From assembly GCA_963664875.1 (NCBI GenBank), contig OY761611.1, positions 2,816,001-2,880,000 on the forward strand: a DNA stretch of 64,000 bases. The letters are read 5' to 3'. Positions 37,764 to 49,099 of the stretch are shown piece after piece. The position numbers and the translations under genes were made by a program. Under the pieces are notes generated by a model. The model made no database searches. It saw only the letters and a list, made by a program, of their open reading frames with translations, and had not been told where the DNA came from. Source of the DNA: Candidatus Kapaibacterium sp. GTDB taxonomy: Bacteria; Bacteroidota; Ignavibacteria; Kapaibacteriales; UBA2268. The first letter of the stretch is position 1; the number at the start of each line of letters is the position of its first letter.

Positions 37764-40538
37764 TTATTTGATAATCACAAACGCAAAAGAATCTCTGCTG
37801 TCCTCAGTTTTAATTGTAACAAAGTATTGTCCCTGAGGCAATTCTGCAATGTTATGATTCATAAAGTGAATGCCTTTAGAAAACATTTTTTCTTTTTCTA
37901 AAACTGCAACTTCTTCACCAATTGAATTATTGATTGTTATTGTGTACTGTTGGGTTTTGTTTACGTGCAGTTTAATATTTAGTGTTTCTTTCGTAGGGTT
38001 TGGATATATAGAAACTTCAGCCGCAGCTTGCATCTCTCTGTTAGATGTATCTATCGAATTGAGCAACACCCCGGCTTTTGCAAACAAGTCATTTGCCTGC
38101 TTGTCATCATCGGCAAACGTTATTGCGAAAGTAAGTGAAGCAGTGTCACCGGCATCTATGTTTATCGGCCCTGCACCTATGACCATCGAACAGTCATTTA
38201 CGCTTGAGCTGAGAGCTGCAATGCCGTTACTAAGAGTAGCCCATTTTTCAGATTCAGAAAAACCGTCATAAATTGAAAAACTATTTCCACTACCGGCATT
38301 ATCTATAGGATAAAAAATGTTGTTGTACTCGGACAAGTTTTTAACATATACCTTCTCTATATCATTATTTTCAGAGTGCTGTGCTTTTGCAAAATCATAA
38401 ACAGCGTTGTAGCTCATCAAATCAGAGCCACCATTGAGACTAATGTCCCAATCGTAAAACTGGCCAAAAAGCAGTGAAGTAATCTTGTTGCCATCTGACG
38501 AGCTGATATTATATTTTACGAGCAAAATATCTGAATACTCAGGTTTGTTGGATTGGAAGACTTCCTGCTTGATATGTATATTAGTATTCATAGGAGAGTT
38601 GAAATCCGTAAATTCTGTATTGCCATAGAGGAGATTTTGCTCTTTAAAAAACTTACTAAAAGCAGAAATTTTGCTAAAGTCTCTGTTCTTAGCACCTCCG
38701 GAAGAGCCTCTTGCATTATTAGATAGATTTTCCTCCGAAACAGCTGCTATAATTGCACCTTCAAAAAGATAGTTCAGATTGTTGTAAACCAAACCATTCC
38801 CTTGGCTATTAGTAGAGAAGTCATTGTATCCTATGTTTCCTTCGCTGTTGAAAGTGGCAGTGATGTTGTTATTATCCATATCCAAATAAGAAGGATTGAC
38901 TGTAACTGAAAAGATTCTTGTATCAGTAAAACCTTCTTCCGATTCAATATAAAGATAGACGAATAATGACAAGTCCAAATTAGTGTCTTCCGGTAAAACA
39001 AAACTTAATCTTTTATCAAAAGATAGTGTTTCTTTGGAGCTGATTTTGTCGATAGTAAATGAGCTGTCTATATATTTAGGTTCCAAAGTTGAAGTGGATA
39101 TTGAGAAAGTTACGTTTTTCATGTCATCAAAATAGTTTTTGACAGTAAAATCTAAAAATACTGTATCTTTACTTTCTTCTCTAAACTGATTAAAATTATA
39201 AGAAAGTTTCGCAGATACTATATCTAATAATTGCGGATTGGGTTCTGTGATTGCTCTCATTGGATTTACTTCGCCTCTGCCCATAGCTCCCAAAAGAGGC
39301 TTTGTTGTAAAATTGTTATCTGCAGTTGCCTTTAGTCTTGCAGTTAATTCTTCAGCTGTGAGTTCAGGGTATTTTGCCTTTACCAAAGCAGCCACACCTG
39401 AAAGCACTGGAGTAGCCATTGAAGTCCCACTTTTAAAACCATAAGAATTGTCAGTAATTGTGGACAAAATAGATGAGCCAAAAGCAGCGATATCTACCGA
39501 AACACCATAATTTGAATATACTGCCTTTGAGCGGTCAGGATCTAAAGACGCAACAGAAAGAACGCCCGAATAGGACGCTGGATATATATCGGAAAAAGAA
39601 TATTCGTTGCCGGCGGCGGCTACTATCAAAGCACCATAATCCTGAGCTGCTTTAATAATTTCTTCCTCTGCTCTTGAGTAGCCGCCACCACCGAAAGAAC
39701 AGTTAATTATATCTGCTCCCATCATAGCTGCATACAATATACCTTGGTAGCCATTGTTTATTGAAGTCGAATTTGGGTTGTCCGGAGCTGCCTTAACAGG
39801 AAGAATTTTTGCATTTGGAGCTACGCCTGCTACACCAATGAAATTGTTTGTAGAGGCAGCGGAAATGCCGGCAACGTGTGTGCCATGATCTTTACCCGGA
39901 GTTGGGTCATTATCTCCGGTGCCGCTTTCTCCATAAAAATCCCAGCCTTGCCAATCATCTATATATCCGTTATTATCATCATCTATTCCATTGCTTTTTT
40001 TGTCTTTGCCGTTGGCGTCTTGTCCTATTTCACCGGGATTATGTTTGATTTTGTCTTCCAAATCGCTGTGATCTAATTCTACACCTGTATCGACTACCCC
40101 AATAACAACTTCTTCTGAGTCATCAATCAAATCCCAAACAGCGAAAATATTCATAGAATCGAGATGGTACTGCTGAGCAAGAAGCATATCATTAGGTCTT
40201 TCAACAATTTTCATTTCTGGTACTTCTTCGATATACATAAGGTCATAATTCGAATGTAAATACTCAAAATCTGAATTCGATAGATTCTCAGCTTTGTATA
40301 TTAGACTTAATGACGTATAACTCTCTTTGGATAAAGTTTGATCTAAAGCAATATTGGGTGGAACTATAGGGACTAATTTGATTTTATTAACTTTGCTGAG
40401 AGTTGTTACAATTTGAGTCAATTTCCCCTTGGTTTTAGGATTAAACTTAATATAATAATCTTTAGAAGTACTTGTTTCAGCAAAAGCGAAGTTCCAAGAG
40501 AGGATTGCAATCAGGATAATATATCTAAATAATTTCAT
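37764..40538 (-). CDS. S8 (subtilisin) serine peptidase with T9SS C-terminal sorting domain
   Basis: VVDTG, HGTHVAG, AAAGN, SGTSMATP; IYPNP...GQYFVTI; ATG 40538. Confidence 0.93.
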   Translation of the reverse strand: MKLFRYIILIAILSWNFAFAETSTSKDYYIKFNPKTKGKLTQIVTTLSKVNKIKLVPIVPPNIALDQTLSKESYTSLSLIYKAENLSNSDFEYLHSNYDLMYIEEVPEMKIVERPNDMLLAQQYHLDSMNIFAVWDLIDDSEEVVIGVVDTGVELDHSDLEDKIKHNPGEIGQDANGKDKKSNGIDDDNNGYIDDWQGWDFYGESGTGDNDPTPGKDHGTHVAGISAASTNNFIGVAGVAPNAKILPVKAAPDNPNSTSINNGYQGILYAAMMGADIINCSFGGGGYSRAEEEIIKAAQDYGALIVAAAGNEYSFSDIYPASYSGVLSVASLDPDRSKAVYSNYGVSVDIAAFGSSILSTITDNSYGFKSGTSMATPVLSGVAALVKAKYPELTAEELTARLKATADNNFTTKPLLGAMGRGEVNPMRAITEPNPQLLDIVSAKLSYNFNQFREESKDTVFLDFTVKNYFDDMKNVTFSISTSTLEPKYIDSSFTIDKISSKETLSFDKRLSFVLPEDTNLDLSLFVYLYIESEEGFTDTRIFSVTVNPSYLDMDNNNITATFNSEGNIGYNDFSTNSQGNGLVYNNLNYLFEGAIIAAVSEENLSNNARGSSGGAKNRDFSKISAFSKFFKEQNLLYGNTEFTDFNSPMNTNIHIKQEVFQSNKPEYSDILLVKYNISSSDGNKITSLLFGQFYDWDISLNGGSDLMSYNAVYDFAKAQHSENNDIEKVYVKNLSEYNNIFYPIDNAGSGNSFSIYDGFSESEKWATLSNGIAALSSSVNDCSMVIGAGPINIDAGDTASLTFAITFADDDKQANDLFAKAGVLLNSIDTSNREMQAAAEVSIYPNPTKETLNIKLHVNKTQQYTITINNSIGEEVAVLEKEKMFSKGIHFMNHNIAELPQGQYFVTIKTEDSRDSFAFVIIK

Positions 40539-40748
40539 TTTTTCAGGCCGTAAAGTTGACAAATTAGATTTAAAAAAATGGAGACTACTATAAATTCAAG
40601 TATAAATTTGACTAAAACAGCTTTTTTAGTGATAAATATTTTTGCCAAAATATAGAAATCTAAATAGCTCTCTATCGAAACTACACATAAAATACAAAAA
40701 TGTTTGAAAAATATTTTTCGTAAACTGGAATTTCTACATTATAGATAA

Positions 40749-40782
40749 AAAAACCTCGGCAACAGATACAGTTCCGAGGTTT
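40749..40782 (-). terminator. Terminator between the two S8 genes
   Basis: AAACCTCGG...CCGAGGTTT with a preceding A-run on the + strand. Confidence 0.6.
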
Positions 40783-40810
40783 GTGACAATGTCAATATTT
40801 ATAAATCAAA

Positions 40811-43612
40811 TTATCTGACTACACAAAATTTACCTAAAGTAACTTCACCCTTGTGTGATATTTTTACTATATAGATTCCCGGTGCGAGGTTTAAATCGGA
40901 TAAATCTACTGTATAATTGGTTCCGTCAAGCAATGCATCTTGTTGAATGATTCTATCACCTAACATAGATACTATTTCAATTTGTGCTGCACCACGGAAA
41001 CTTTGCTTCAATTTGAGATTCAAATTTTCTGCGACAGGATTAGGGAAAACTACAAACTGATTGTCTGTTTCTTCAGCTACAGAAACTAAACCAAGAGCTA
41101 TAGATTTGAGAGAATTAGCAAGTTCAGTTTCAGAGTCAGCTGCAGCAAGAAGTACTACAAATTGCAAACTATCGTTTGCTTGAAGCACCTTATTAAAACG
41201 CATACCTATCGCCATAGCTCTATCGTTAAAGCCTACTACTTGCTTGCTGATTCCACTATTCAGAAGTTCTACAATCATTGCACTTGAAGGATTGTCAGGT
41301 AGTACATCAGTACCGGCCGCCTGAGCCACCGCTCCATCAACTGAAGAATAAGCTGCTGCAGCTACGAGAGGCATACCGTCAGAATTCTCTTTCATCATTT
41401 CGACTGCATAATTAGGCATTCCCATCAATTCCGGTGGAATTGCATCTGCAAAATATCGGGCAAGGTTATTGTCATAATCACCGTTAACATCCCAATCTAA
41501 GTAATAGCCACAAGATGGATTTGCTATATTACCGCCCGATTTATTGTAAATCGTAAAGTCGATGCGTGCGACATTGCTTACCTCAGATGGGAAGCTAACT
41601 TTCTGCTTGATTTCGATACCTACTTTATTGCCGGAAGCAAATTCATCCGAAACCAGTGAGCTACTATTGCTACTGTTCCAAGCCTCTACTGTTTTGAAAT
41701 GTCCTTGGAACGAAGTAACAGCTTTTGAGTCCCCGGCTGTAAAAATTAGTCCGGAGCCTGGTATAGATAGCTGATTGTAAGTATCCTTAAACAAAAATCC
41801 TTTGCCGTATTGAGTTTGACTTCCGGTGTAACCAAATTCACCTCTGTCGCCAAAGGACAAAGTCAAATCGCCATTTTGGAATGTAATAAAGTTTTGAGTA
41901 GGTACTACATCGAACTTAAAGAAATCATGGTAGTCACCATCTGCAAAAACATCTATACGCATAACTACCGGGCTAAATGACTCATTTGCAATTTTTATCT
42001 CGAAACCGTTTAAACCCAAGTACGAAGTAGGCTGAATTTCAGAAATAAGAACTTCTTCTTTTGTAACCTCTATAGCATTTTGAGGGTCGTAAGCCTGTGA
42101 AAGCAAAAATCTTACATTTTTCAAACCGCCTAAGTAGTTTCTTGCTTTTATCTTCAGGGAGTATGTTTCGCCAAGGACAGTTCTTAAAGACAGTTTACCA
42201 TCCTTTCCGTAAAACTCTTTATCTTCGAACCGAATACCTGCCAATGACATAGGATCAGTATTTACAACTTTTAAGAGATTGACTCTGCCCGGCAATAAAT
42301 TTGCATAAGCCCCATTTTTTGAGGAAACATCATCTGTACATTGTCTGACAAATTCAATAACCTGATTAGGATTCAGATTCGGATGCTTGCCCAAAGCTAA
42401 TGCGGCTGCACCTGCAACAACCGGAGATGAGTATGAGGAACCTTCACCCATGGTTCCGTAAGAGCTACCTGTGGTTGTGTAATTCCCTTTTCCGGGAGCT
42501 ACAATTCTAACTTGCGATCCAAATAGCGATTCGCCCGTAACTTTATCGATATTGTCCACTTCACCTACGCCTAACACTCCGTCGTATCCGGCAGGGAAAC
42601 AAACAGAGCTATGTCTGTCCGTGATGCCTTGTTGGCTATTGTTCCCACCAGAAGCTATTATAACAACACCTTTGGAAACAGCAAAGTCAATGATAGACTG
42701 ATCAATAGGAGAATAGTCTTTGATAGAGCCCCAGCTGCAATTCAGTACATCTAACTCTGCAAGAGCAGCATATCTTATAGATTCATAGCTATAAGAGAGT
42801 TGACCTTCGTTTTGAGGTGCAATTTTTATAGGGAAGAATCTTGTTTTGGCTCCAATTCCCGCAAGACCTCTATTGTTACTGTAAGTCGCACTTGCAATGC
42901 CTGCAACTTCTGTGCCGTGCGAATCAGAATGGTAAGTGTTGTCCCAGCCTGCACCATCATCTAAATGGGCAAGATTGCAACCTTTATAGTCGTCGATATA
43001 ACCATTATTGTCATCATCAATGCCGTTATCGGGTATTTCATCGTTATTAAAAGCAATATTTGCCTGCAAATCACTATGATCTTGGTTTATTCCAATATCA
43101 CTGATACCAATTACTATTTCAGAGTTACCGTCAAAAATCTGCCATGCTTCCAATGCTTTAATATTTATCAGCATATTTTGTTTATTTATGTCAGGGTCAT
43201 TTGGGGTTGAGCCGGTTATCTGTGGCAAATAGTATGGTTCTGCGATTTCTACCAAATTGGGATAATGCGAACTCAGATGAGCACAATATTCCAAAGGATT
43301 TTTACCTTCAGGCACCGGTAGGATATAAGTCCTGAAAAGAGGTTCTTCAGCTTTTTCTATTTTTTTTATTTGCTCAAAAGAGTAACTTTTTCGAGATAAT
43401 TTTGTTTCTTTGATTGAGAGATTTCTGTGCAGGAACGGGGCAGGAGAAAATTTGATATTTTCGCTTTTGCTGAGCACTTCAATATTTTCTGAATACAATC
43501 GCACAAATATTTTCTTTTCGGAAATTGTAGCTCCCGACTTAAGTGTTAAAGCCGAATTTGCACTGAATTGAATCAGGCATAAAAGTGATAAAAGAGTAAA
43601 TATCTTTGCCAT
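40811..43612 (-). CDS. S8 serine peptidase with T9SS C-terminal sorting domain (paralog)
   Basis: ISDIG, HGTEVAG, ASGGN, GSSYSSPVVAG; VFPNP...PGIYIVKI. Confidence 0.9.
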   Translation of the reverse strand: MAKIFTLLSLLCLIQFSANSALTLKSGATISEKKIFVRLYSENIEVLSKSENIKFSPAPFLHRNLSIKETKLSRKSYSFEQIKKIEKAEEPLFRTYILPVPEGKNPLEYCAHLSSHYPNLVEIAEPYYLPQITGSTPNDPDINKQNMLINIKALEAWQIFDGNSEIVIGISDIGINQDHSDLQANIAFNNDEIPDNGIDDDNNGYIDDYKGCNLAHLDDGAGWDNTYHSDSHGTEVAGIASATYSNNRGLAGIGAKTRFFPIKIAPQNEGQLSYSYESIRYAALAELDVLNCSWGSIKDYSPIDQSIIDFAVSKGVVIIASGGNNSQQGITDRHSSVCFPAGYDGVLGVGEVDNIDKVTGESLFGSQVRIVAPGKGNYTTTGSSYGTMGEGSSYSSPVVAGAAALALGKHPNLNPNQVIEFVRQCTDDVSSKNGAYANLLPGRVNLLKVVNTDPMSLAGIRFEDKEFYGKDGKLSLRTVLGETYSLKIKARNYLGGLKNVRFLLSQAYDPQNAIEVTKEEVLISEIQPTSYLGLNGFEIKIANESFSPVVMRIDVFADGDYHDFFKFDVVPTQNFITFQNGDLTLSFGDRGEFGYTGSQTQYGKGFLFKDTYNQLSIPGSGLIFTAGDSKAVTSFQGHFKTVEAWNSSNSSSLVSDEFASGNKVGIEIKQKVSFPSEVSNVARIDFTIYNKSGGNIANPSCGYYLDWDVNGDYDNNLARYFADAIPPELMGMPNYAVEMMKENSDGMPLVAAAAYSSVDGAVAQAAGTDVLPDNPSSAMIVELLNSGISKQVVGFNDRAMAIGMRFNKVLQANDSLQFVVLLAAADSETELANSLKSIALGLVSVAEETDNQFVVFPNPVAENLNLKLKQSFRGAAQIEIVSMLGDRIIQQDALLDGTNYTVDLSDLNLAPGIYIVKISHKGEVTLGKFCVVR

Positions 43613-43757
43613 ATTAAACCTCTATATTTTTAGATATAAGTTATTTCTATAATTAAAATTAAATATAATTATTGCGAGAAATATATACAACTATTTAGTT
43701 ATATCAGACGTATAACATTCGAACTTATAATGTACAAAAAAAATCGGGACAAATGAC

Positions 43758-43994
43758 ATGAAAATTGCAGTTGATATCAGCTATTACCCTTTAGTAGAAG
43801 AATTTAAAATTCCAATCAAAGCATTTATTTCAAAATTAGAATCGATAGAAGGTGTCGAAATTGAAAAAAATTCTATGAGTACTCAAATCAGAGGTGAACA
43901 TAGCATCCTTATGCCATTGCTTACAGAAAAGATTATAGAAGAACTCGAGTCATACAGAGCTTCGTTTGTAATCAAAATTATCAAAGGTGAATAA
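43758..43994 (+). CDS. YkoF/MTH1187 thiamine-binding family protein
   Basis: VDISYYPL...PIKAFI...NSMSTQIRGE. Confidence 0.7.
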   Translation: MKIAVDISYYPLVEEFKIPIKAFISKLESIEGVEIEKNSMSTQIRGEHSILMPLLTEKIIEELESYRASFVIKIIKGE

Positions 43995-44200
43995 AATCCA
44001 AGGTGGATTTTTTCTTAGTTTATCAATATTAAATTCTCATATAGTCTGCTTCGCTATATATAGATTTTTATTGCACAGGGACTTATTGTATTTTGAAATA
44101 ACTAAGAATGAAAGACCTAAATCTATACCTATTATAGAAAATTAGCTTCTGAAAAGTATTGAGACCACTCAATATAAACTCAAACATCCAAAAATGAGAG

Positions 44201-44758
44201 ATGTATATGAAAACTTATTACTCATTGAGTATCTTGGCATTGTTACTGCTTTTTACCGGTATATTTGCCGAAGAAAAAGAAAACACTTGGTTTGCGGTAG
44301 AATCAAAAGGAGGGAATTATAAAATGGAATTTCCTGAGTATCCTATTGAGAGTCACATACCAAAAGTCGGAGGCGGAATAGATGCTGAGGCTTTTATTCA
44401 CGAATATTCAAGTATTCCTTATGCAGTAGCTTTTGCCTGCAAGTGTTTTGTATATGATGACTCAAAAACACCTAAAGAACGATTGGATAATGTCCTGGAA
44501 GCTTTCAAAGTGAATTACAAAGAAGGGACTTTCAAATTTGTGGATAGTGTTTCGAATAAAAATTTTGAGAATAAAGGCGTTGAATATTCCGGTATTATGC
44601 TTACATACTCTGCTCTTAAGAAAAAAGACATTAGAGGGTATCTTAGAGTGTACTATACTAAAGACAGAATCTATCTTTTTGAAGTATTAGGTGATGACTT
44701 TATTTTTGAATCTAATTTTCCTGATAGATTTTTTAATTCCTTTGAATTGCAGAAATAG
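44201..44758 (+). CDS. Hypothetical exported protein
   Basis: Signal peptide; W...GGNYKMEFP and C-terminal RFFNSFEL. Confidence 0.7.
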   Translation: MYMKTYYSLSILALLLLFTGIFAEEKENTWFAVESKGGNYKMEFPEYPIESHIPKVGGGIDAEAFIHEYSSIPYAVAFACKCFVYDDSKTPKERLDNVLEAFKVNYKEGTFKFVDSVSNKNFENKGVEYSGIMLTYSALKKKDIRGYLRVYYTKDRIYLFEVLGDDFIFESNFPDRFFNSFELQK

Positions 44759-44780
44759 AAACATAGATTGAGTAAAAGAG

Positions 44781-45545
44781 ATGATTCCTAATAAGAAAAG
44801 CATGAATGTACATATTTTCCAACACATCAAATCTGATGTGCCACACAGTATAACTGACTGGTTGGAAATGAGAGGTCATAGCTACGAAATAACTAAGTTC
44901 CCTTTGGATCCTTCTTTGCCAAACGCAGAAGATATTGATTGGCTGATTGTACTGGGGGGACCTTTGAGTGTTCATGATGAGGCAAAATTTCCGTGGTTGA
45001 AAAGTGAAAAGAGTTTTCTAAAAGCAATGATAGATTCCGGCAAACCTGTGCTGGGATTTTGTTTTGGTGCTCAGCTAATTGCGGAAGCATTGGGAGCAAA
45101 AGTTTATGTTTCCAAATTCCCTGAAATAGGCTGGTTACCTGTTTATACCAAAAAGAGTATGGGTAATAGTAAAATATTCAAATATTTTCCTGACACTTTC
45201 ACTGCCTTTCACTGGCATAATGAGGCATTTTCTTTGCCGGAAGGAGCTAATGTTGTAGCTTCATCTCCTGCATGTGAAAACCAAATGATAGTATATAATA
45301 ACAATATTCTCGCTATCCAATGCCATCTCGAATTGGGAATAGCTGAAATTGAAAAATATATTGAGAAGAATGCTGATATTTTAGTAAAAGATGAATATGT
45401 GCAAACAGCAGAAGAAATAAGAAATAATATAAATTATGCTAAATTGACTCAGGATTTGCTACACGAGGTGCTTTATAAAATGGAAAAAGAAGCAAGAGCT
45501 GCTAAACGCAAAATCCTTAAAGAAAAAGAATTTGAGCTCAACTAA
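44781..45545 (+). CDS. Type 1 glutamine amidotransferase
   Basis: LIVLGGPLSVHD, PVLGFCFGAQL, EIGW, FHWH, QCHLE. Confidence 0.9.
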   Translation: MIPNKKSMNVHIFQHIKSDVPHSITDWLEMRGHSYEITKFPLDPSLPNAEDIDWLIVLGGPLSVHDEAKFPWLKSEKSFLKAMIDSGKPVLGFCFGAQLIAEALGAKVYVSKFPEIGWLPVYTKKSMGNSKIFKYFPDTFTAFHWHNEAFSLPEGANVVASSPACENQMIVYNNNILAIQCHLELGIAEIEKYIEKNADILVKDEYVQTAEEIRNNINYAKLTQDLLHEVLYKMEKEARAAKRKILKEKEFELN

Positions 45546-45596
45546 AAGCATAATACTATTTGATTATAAGAAAAGACAAAATTAGAGCTGGAAACA

Positions 45597-45634
45597 AAGG
45601 CAAGCAGAATTAGTATATTCGACTTGCCTTTTTT
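45597..45634 (+). terminator. Terminator
   Basis: AAGGCAAG...CTTGCCTT followed by a T-tract. Confidence 0.55.
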
Positions 45635-45758
45635 CGTATTTTGATTGGACTAAATATAGTAAAATATATTACTTGCCATTTATATTCCAATCCAATATAT
45701 TAGTGTTTTATTCGATTGTAATTTTTAGTTTGATATAAATTATTAATAGAGAAAAACT

Positions 45759-47528
45759 ATGAGAAAACTTGCTTTACTTATTCTTTTCGCACTGCTTTAT
45801 GTCTATACTACTGACGCTAAAGATATTAAAAAAGAAGACTTGCGTGAGTATGTCAAATACCTTGCTTCTGATAGCCTGCAAGGGCGTTTCCCCGGCTCAC
45901 AAGGTATTGAAGCAGCTGCAAAGTTTATAGAAAATCATTTTAAAAAAGCCGGTGTGAAGGCAATCAACGATTCATACAGACAAAAATTTGAAGTTATTAC
46001 AGGCATTGAGTTGGGTGACCACAATATAATGCGAGCAGGGGATATTGAGATTGAAGCCGGTGGTCAGTGGTTGCCTACTGCATTCTCAGAAAATGGAAAT
46101 ATCGAAGGAGAGCTAGTGTTTGTTGGGTATGGAATAACCGCCCCTGACCTGAAATATGATGACTATGACGGGATTGATGTTAAAGATAAAATTGCTGTTG
46201 CTTTGACTTCTACTCCGAAAGGAAACGGAACAGATACTGATTTCTATGCTTATAGTCAACTTCGTTACAAAGCCACCAATGCAAGAAATCATGGTGCTAA
46301 AGCTGTGATATTTGTGAACTCTGTCAAAGGGGAAGATCATGTACCTGAGTTAGAGTATGCAGCTATGACAAAAAATTCCGGTGTTGTTGCAGTCCATGCT
46401 TCAAGAGAAGCTTTTGATCAGCTTCTTGCTCCAGGAATGATACAGCAGCTGGAAGAAAGCATGATCCAATCAAATACCACTGCAAGTAAGACTTTAGAAA
46501 AAACCTTGAGCATGAATGTTGTCCTACGGGATGTTGTTTCGACTACTTCTAATGTGATTGGAGTGATCGAAGGTACAGATGCAAAATTGAAAAACGAATA
46601 TATAGTAGTTGGTGCTCATTATGATCATCTTGGCTGGGGAGGCCCCTCATCAATTTTTAAAAGTGGAAAAGCAATTCATAACGGAGCAGACGATAACGCA
46701 AGCGGGACTTCCGGCATCATTGCCTTAGCTCATAAAATTGCTGCAAAACCAATGAAACGCTCTGTTGTACTAATGGCATTTAGTGCTGAAGAAATGGGGC
46801 TTTTAGGGTCTGCATTTTATGTGAATAATCCTTTGAAAGAGCTACAAAATACAGTCGCTATGTTTAATATGGATATGATTGGAAGATTGAGAGACGACAA
46901 ATTAACACTTTTCGGTATAGGCTCATCTTCTTATTGGAAACAGATTACTGACTCTTTAGCAAAAGTCAGCAATTTGACTTTGATAGAAAACAATGAAGGT
47001 TACGGACCGAGTGACCATTCTTCATTTTATAAAGAGCATGTGCCTGTAATTATGTTCTTTTCCGGTACACACGGAGATTACCACCATCCGAATGATGACT
47101 GGGACAAACTGAATTATGAAGGCATGGAAAAAGTAGTGAATCTTGTTTATTCTTATGTTGAATGCGTAAGTAATAAATCTGAAAGACCTGATTACATTAA
47201 AGTGCAGGAGTCAGATGACAAAACTGGAAAAGGCAGACATAGCTATGGATCAGGTGCTTGGTTTGGAATTATTCCTAATTTCGAAGAATCGCCTCTCGGA
47301 TGCAAAATTTCAGGAGCAAGCCCGGGTAGCCCTGCAATGAAAGCCGGTTTGATCGAAAATGATATAATTACTACTATCAACGGCAAAGAAATCAAAAATT
47401 TGCACGATTTTATGTACACTGTAATGGAACACAAAGTTGGGGACGTCCTTGATGTAGAAGTGCTTAGAGGAAAAGACTACACAGAGAAACACACATTTAA
47501 AGTAAAACTTGCTGCAAAAGTCAAATAA
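45759..47528 (+). CDS. M28 peptidase with PA and PDZ domains
   Basis: GAHYDHLG, NGADDNASG, AEEMGLLGS, NMDMIGR, SDHSSF, DYHHP; SPAMKAGL. Confidence 0.93.
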   Translation: MRKLALLILFALLYVYTTDAKDIKKEDLREYVKYLASDSLQGRFPGSQGIEAAAKFIENHFKKAGVKAINDSYRQKFEVITGIELGDHNIMRAGDIEIEAGGQWLPTAFSENGNIEGELVFVGYGITAPDLKYDDYDGIDVKDKIAVALTSTPKGNGTDTDFYAYSQLRYKATNARNHGAKAVIFVNSVKGEDHVPELEYAAMTKNSGVVAVHASREAFDQLLAPGMIQQLEESMIQSNTTASKTLEKTLSMNVVLRDVVSTTSNVIGVIEGTDAKLKNEYIVVGAHYDHLGWGGPSSIFKSGKAIHNGADDNASGTSGIIALAHKIAAKPMKRSVVLMAFSAEEMGLLGSAFYVNNPLKELQNTVAMFNMDMIGRLRDDKLTLFGIGSSSYWKQITDSLAKVSNLTLIENNEGYGPSDHSSFYKEHVPVIMFFSGTHGDYHHPNDDWDKLNYEGMEKVVNLVYSYVECVSNKSERPDYIKVQESDDKTGKGRHSYGSGAWFGIIPNFEESPLGCKISGASPGSPAMKAGLIENDIITTINGKEIKNLHDFMYTVMEHKVGDVLDVEVLRGKDYTEKHTFKVKLAAKVK

Positions 47529-47587
47529 TCTTGAAACTTTAAAAAAACATTAGCGTATTAGTATATAAATCATACGCCCCTTTTGGA

Positions 47588-47629
47588 GCCTGCCTGAGGA
47601 TTAAAAAAACTTCGGCAGGCACTTTTTTT
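47588..47629 (+). terminator. Terminator
   Basis: GCCTGCC...GGCAGGC followed by a T-tract. Confidence 0.65.
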
Positions 47630-47710
47630 ATAATCCTATTCATTTTGACTTTCTATTCAATATTTTAAAATGTGAAGAAGATTCAGAGTCTTTTTTGTTG
47701 AAATTGATAG

Positions 47711-48877
47711 TTAGAGTGAAAGCTCAATCTTGGTGCCGAAATCCGGCGTTGATGTAACATTTACAGCAATATTGGCTTGATCTAAAAGTTCTTTTACAAG
47801 CATTAGACCGATGCCATGCCCCTTCTCATTTGCAGTGCCAAAAGTGGGAGACATCACGGATTTAAACAGTTTCTCTAATTGTTCCTGTCCCATTCCAATT
47901 CCTTTGTCTTCAATCAGCAATTTCGAACCAGTGTACGCAATACGAAGTTCACCGTTTTGATTGGAGTATTTGATTGAATTTGAAAGGAAGTTTCTAACTG
48001 CAATCCTAAGTATTGCTGCGTTTGCAACTACTTTTGTGTTCTGAGGTATAAGCACAGAACCGGTTAGATTTTTCTCTTTGATTTGCAAGTCAAACTCTTC
48101 GAGGATATCAAAAATAAAAGAATTCAAATCCAACGCCTGCCTATCTACTCCTAAATCTCTTTTTGCTTTTGTCCAATTGATAAGTGTCTTAGTGATATTT
48201 ATAGCATTGGTAGAGGATTGATACATAATATCAACAAATCGTTTCACGGTATCGTCGCAATCATTGTGTTCCATTTCATCTTTCAAAATTCTTGCGAATC
48301 CTATGACACTATTAAGTGGGTTTGCCAAATCATGAAATATAACAGAATATATGTTTTCCTGTAATTTCATCTGCTCTGATAGCATTTCAATCAGTTTGTT
48401 TTGCTTTAGCTCTACTTCCTTTTTTTCAGTAATATCAAAGACAATGCCTGCAAGAAAAATTGGTTCGCCTTTATCAGTTCTTCTGGTTACTTTTCCTCTG
48501 TCATGGTACCACTTCCAATCACCGTTTTTTGCTTTGATGCGATACTCCACTTCGTACATAGCAGAGTTGTTATAAAGGTGGTCGCGCATATTTTGCATCA
48601 CATACTCATAGTCATCAGGGTGTAGCTTTTCGGTAAACCATTGGAAACCTACATTGTCAGGGATTTCATCATCAGAATATCCCAAAGCAGTTGCCTTTTT
48701 CTTGTTAAATTTCACAATATTAGCCTGCACGTCCCAATACCAATGCCCAAGATTACCTGTCCAAGCAAAGGCAAGGTCAAGTTCTTTTTCTTTTTCTTCT
48801 TCGTATATTTCTATGAATCTGTCACGAGAAAGGAGCTCTCGCAGAAGTTCATCTTTGCTTAGCTTTGAATAGTCCAT
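47711..48877 (-). CDS. Cytoplasmic PAS-domain sensor histidine kinase
   Basis: LHPDD...VEYRI PAS; FHDLANPL; NFLSNSIKY; DKGIGM; GHGIGL. Confidence 0.9.
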   Translation of the reverse strand: MDYSKLSKDELLRELLSRDRFIEIYEEEKEKELDLAFAWTGNLGHWYWDVQANIVKFNKKKATALGYSDDEIPDNVGFQWFTEKLHPDDYEYVMQNMRDHLYNNSAMYEVEYRIKAKNGDWKWYHDRGKVTRRTDKGEPIFLAGIVFDITEKKEVELKQNKLIEMLSEQMKLQENIYSVIFHDLANPLNSVIGFARILKDEMEHNDCDDTVKRFVDIMYQSSTNAINITKTLINWTKAKRDLGVDRQALDLNSFIFDILEEFDLQIKEKNLTGSVLIPQNTKVVANAAILRIAVRNFLSNSIKYSNQNGELRIAYTGSKLLIEDKGIGMGQEQLEKLFKSVMSPTFGTANEKGHGIGLMLVKELLDQANIAVNVTSTPDFGTKIELSL

Positions 48878-49099
48878 AAAGACGTAAATATTATGAGTAT
48901 AACATATATTAAATATACTATTTTAAGACGAGAATTCAAATTGTTCTATTTCAAAAAAAAATCGACTGTGAAAAGCATGATTGCTTTTGCATGTTTTCTT
49001 TATCTTCTTTAGTCAAATAAAAAAAATCGAAAAGAAAAAAAAATTGTTTGCTTTTTTGAATAAAAAAAGATATTTTGTGTCACTCTTTGAGAGACAAAC

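Noticed and set aside
43613-43757. TPP riboswitch upstream of the YkoF-like gene
   Set aside because: Short AT-rich gap without the CTGAGA...GGGA aptamer motifs.
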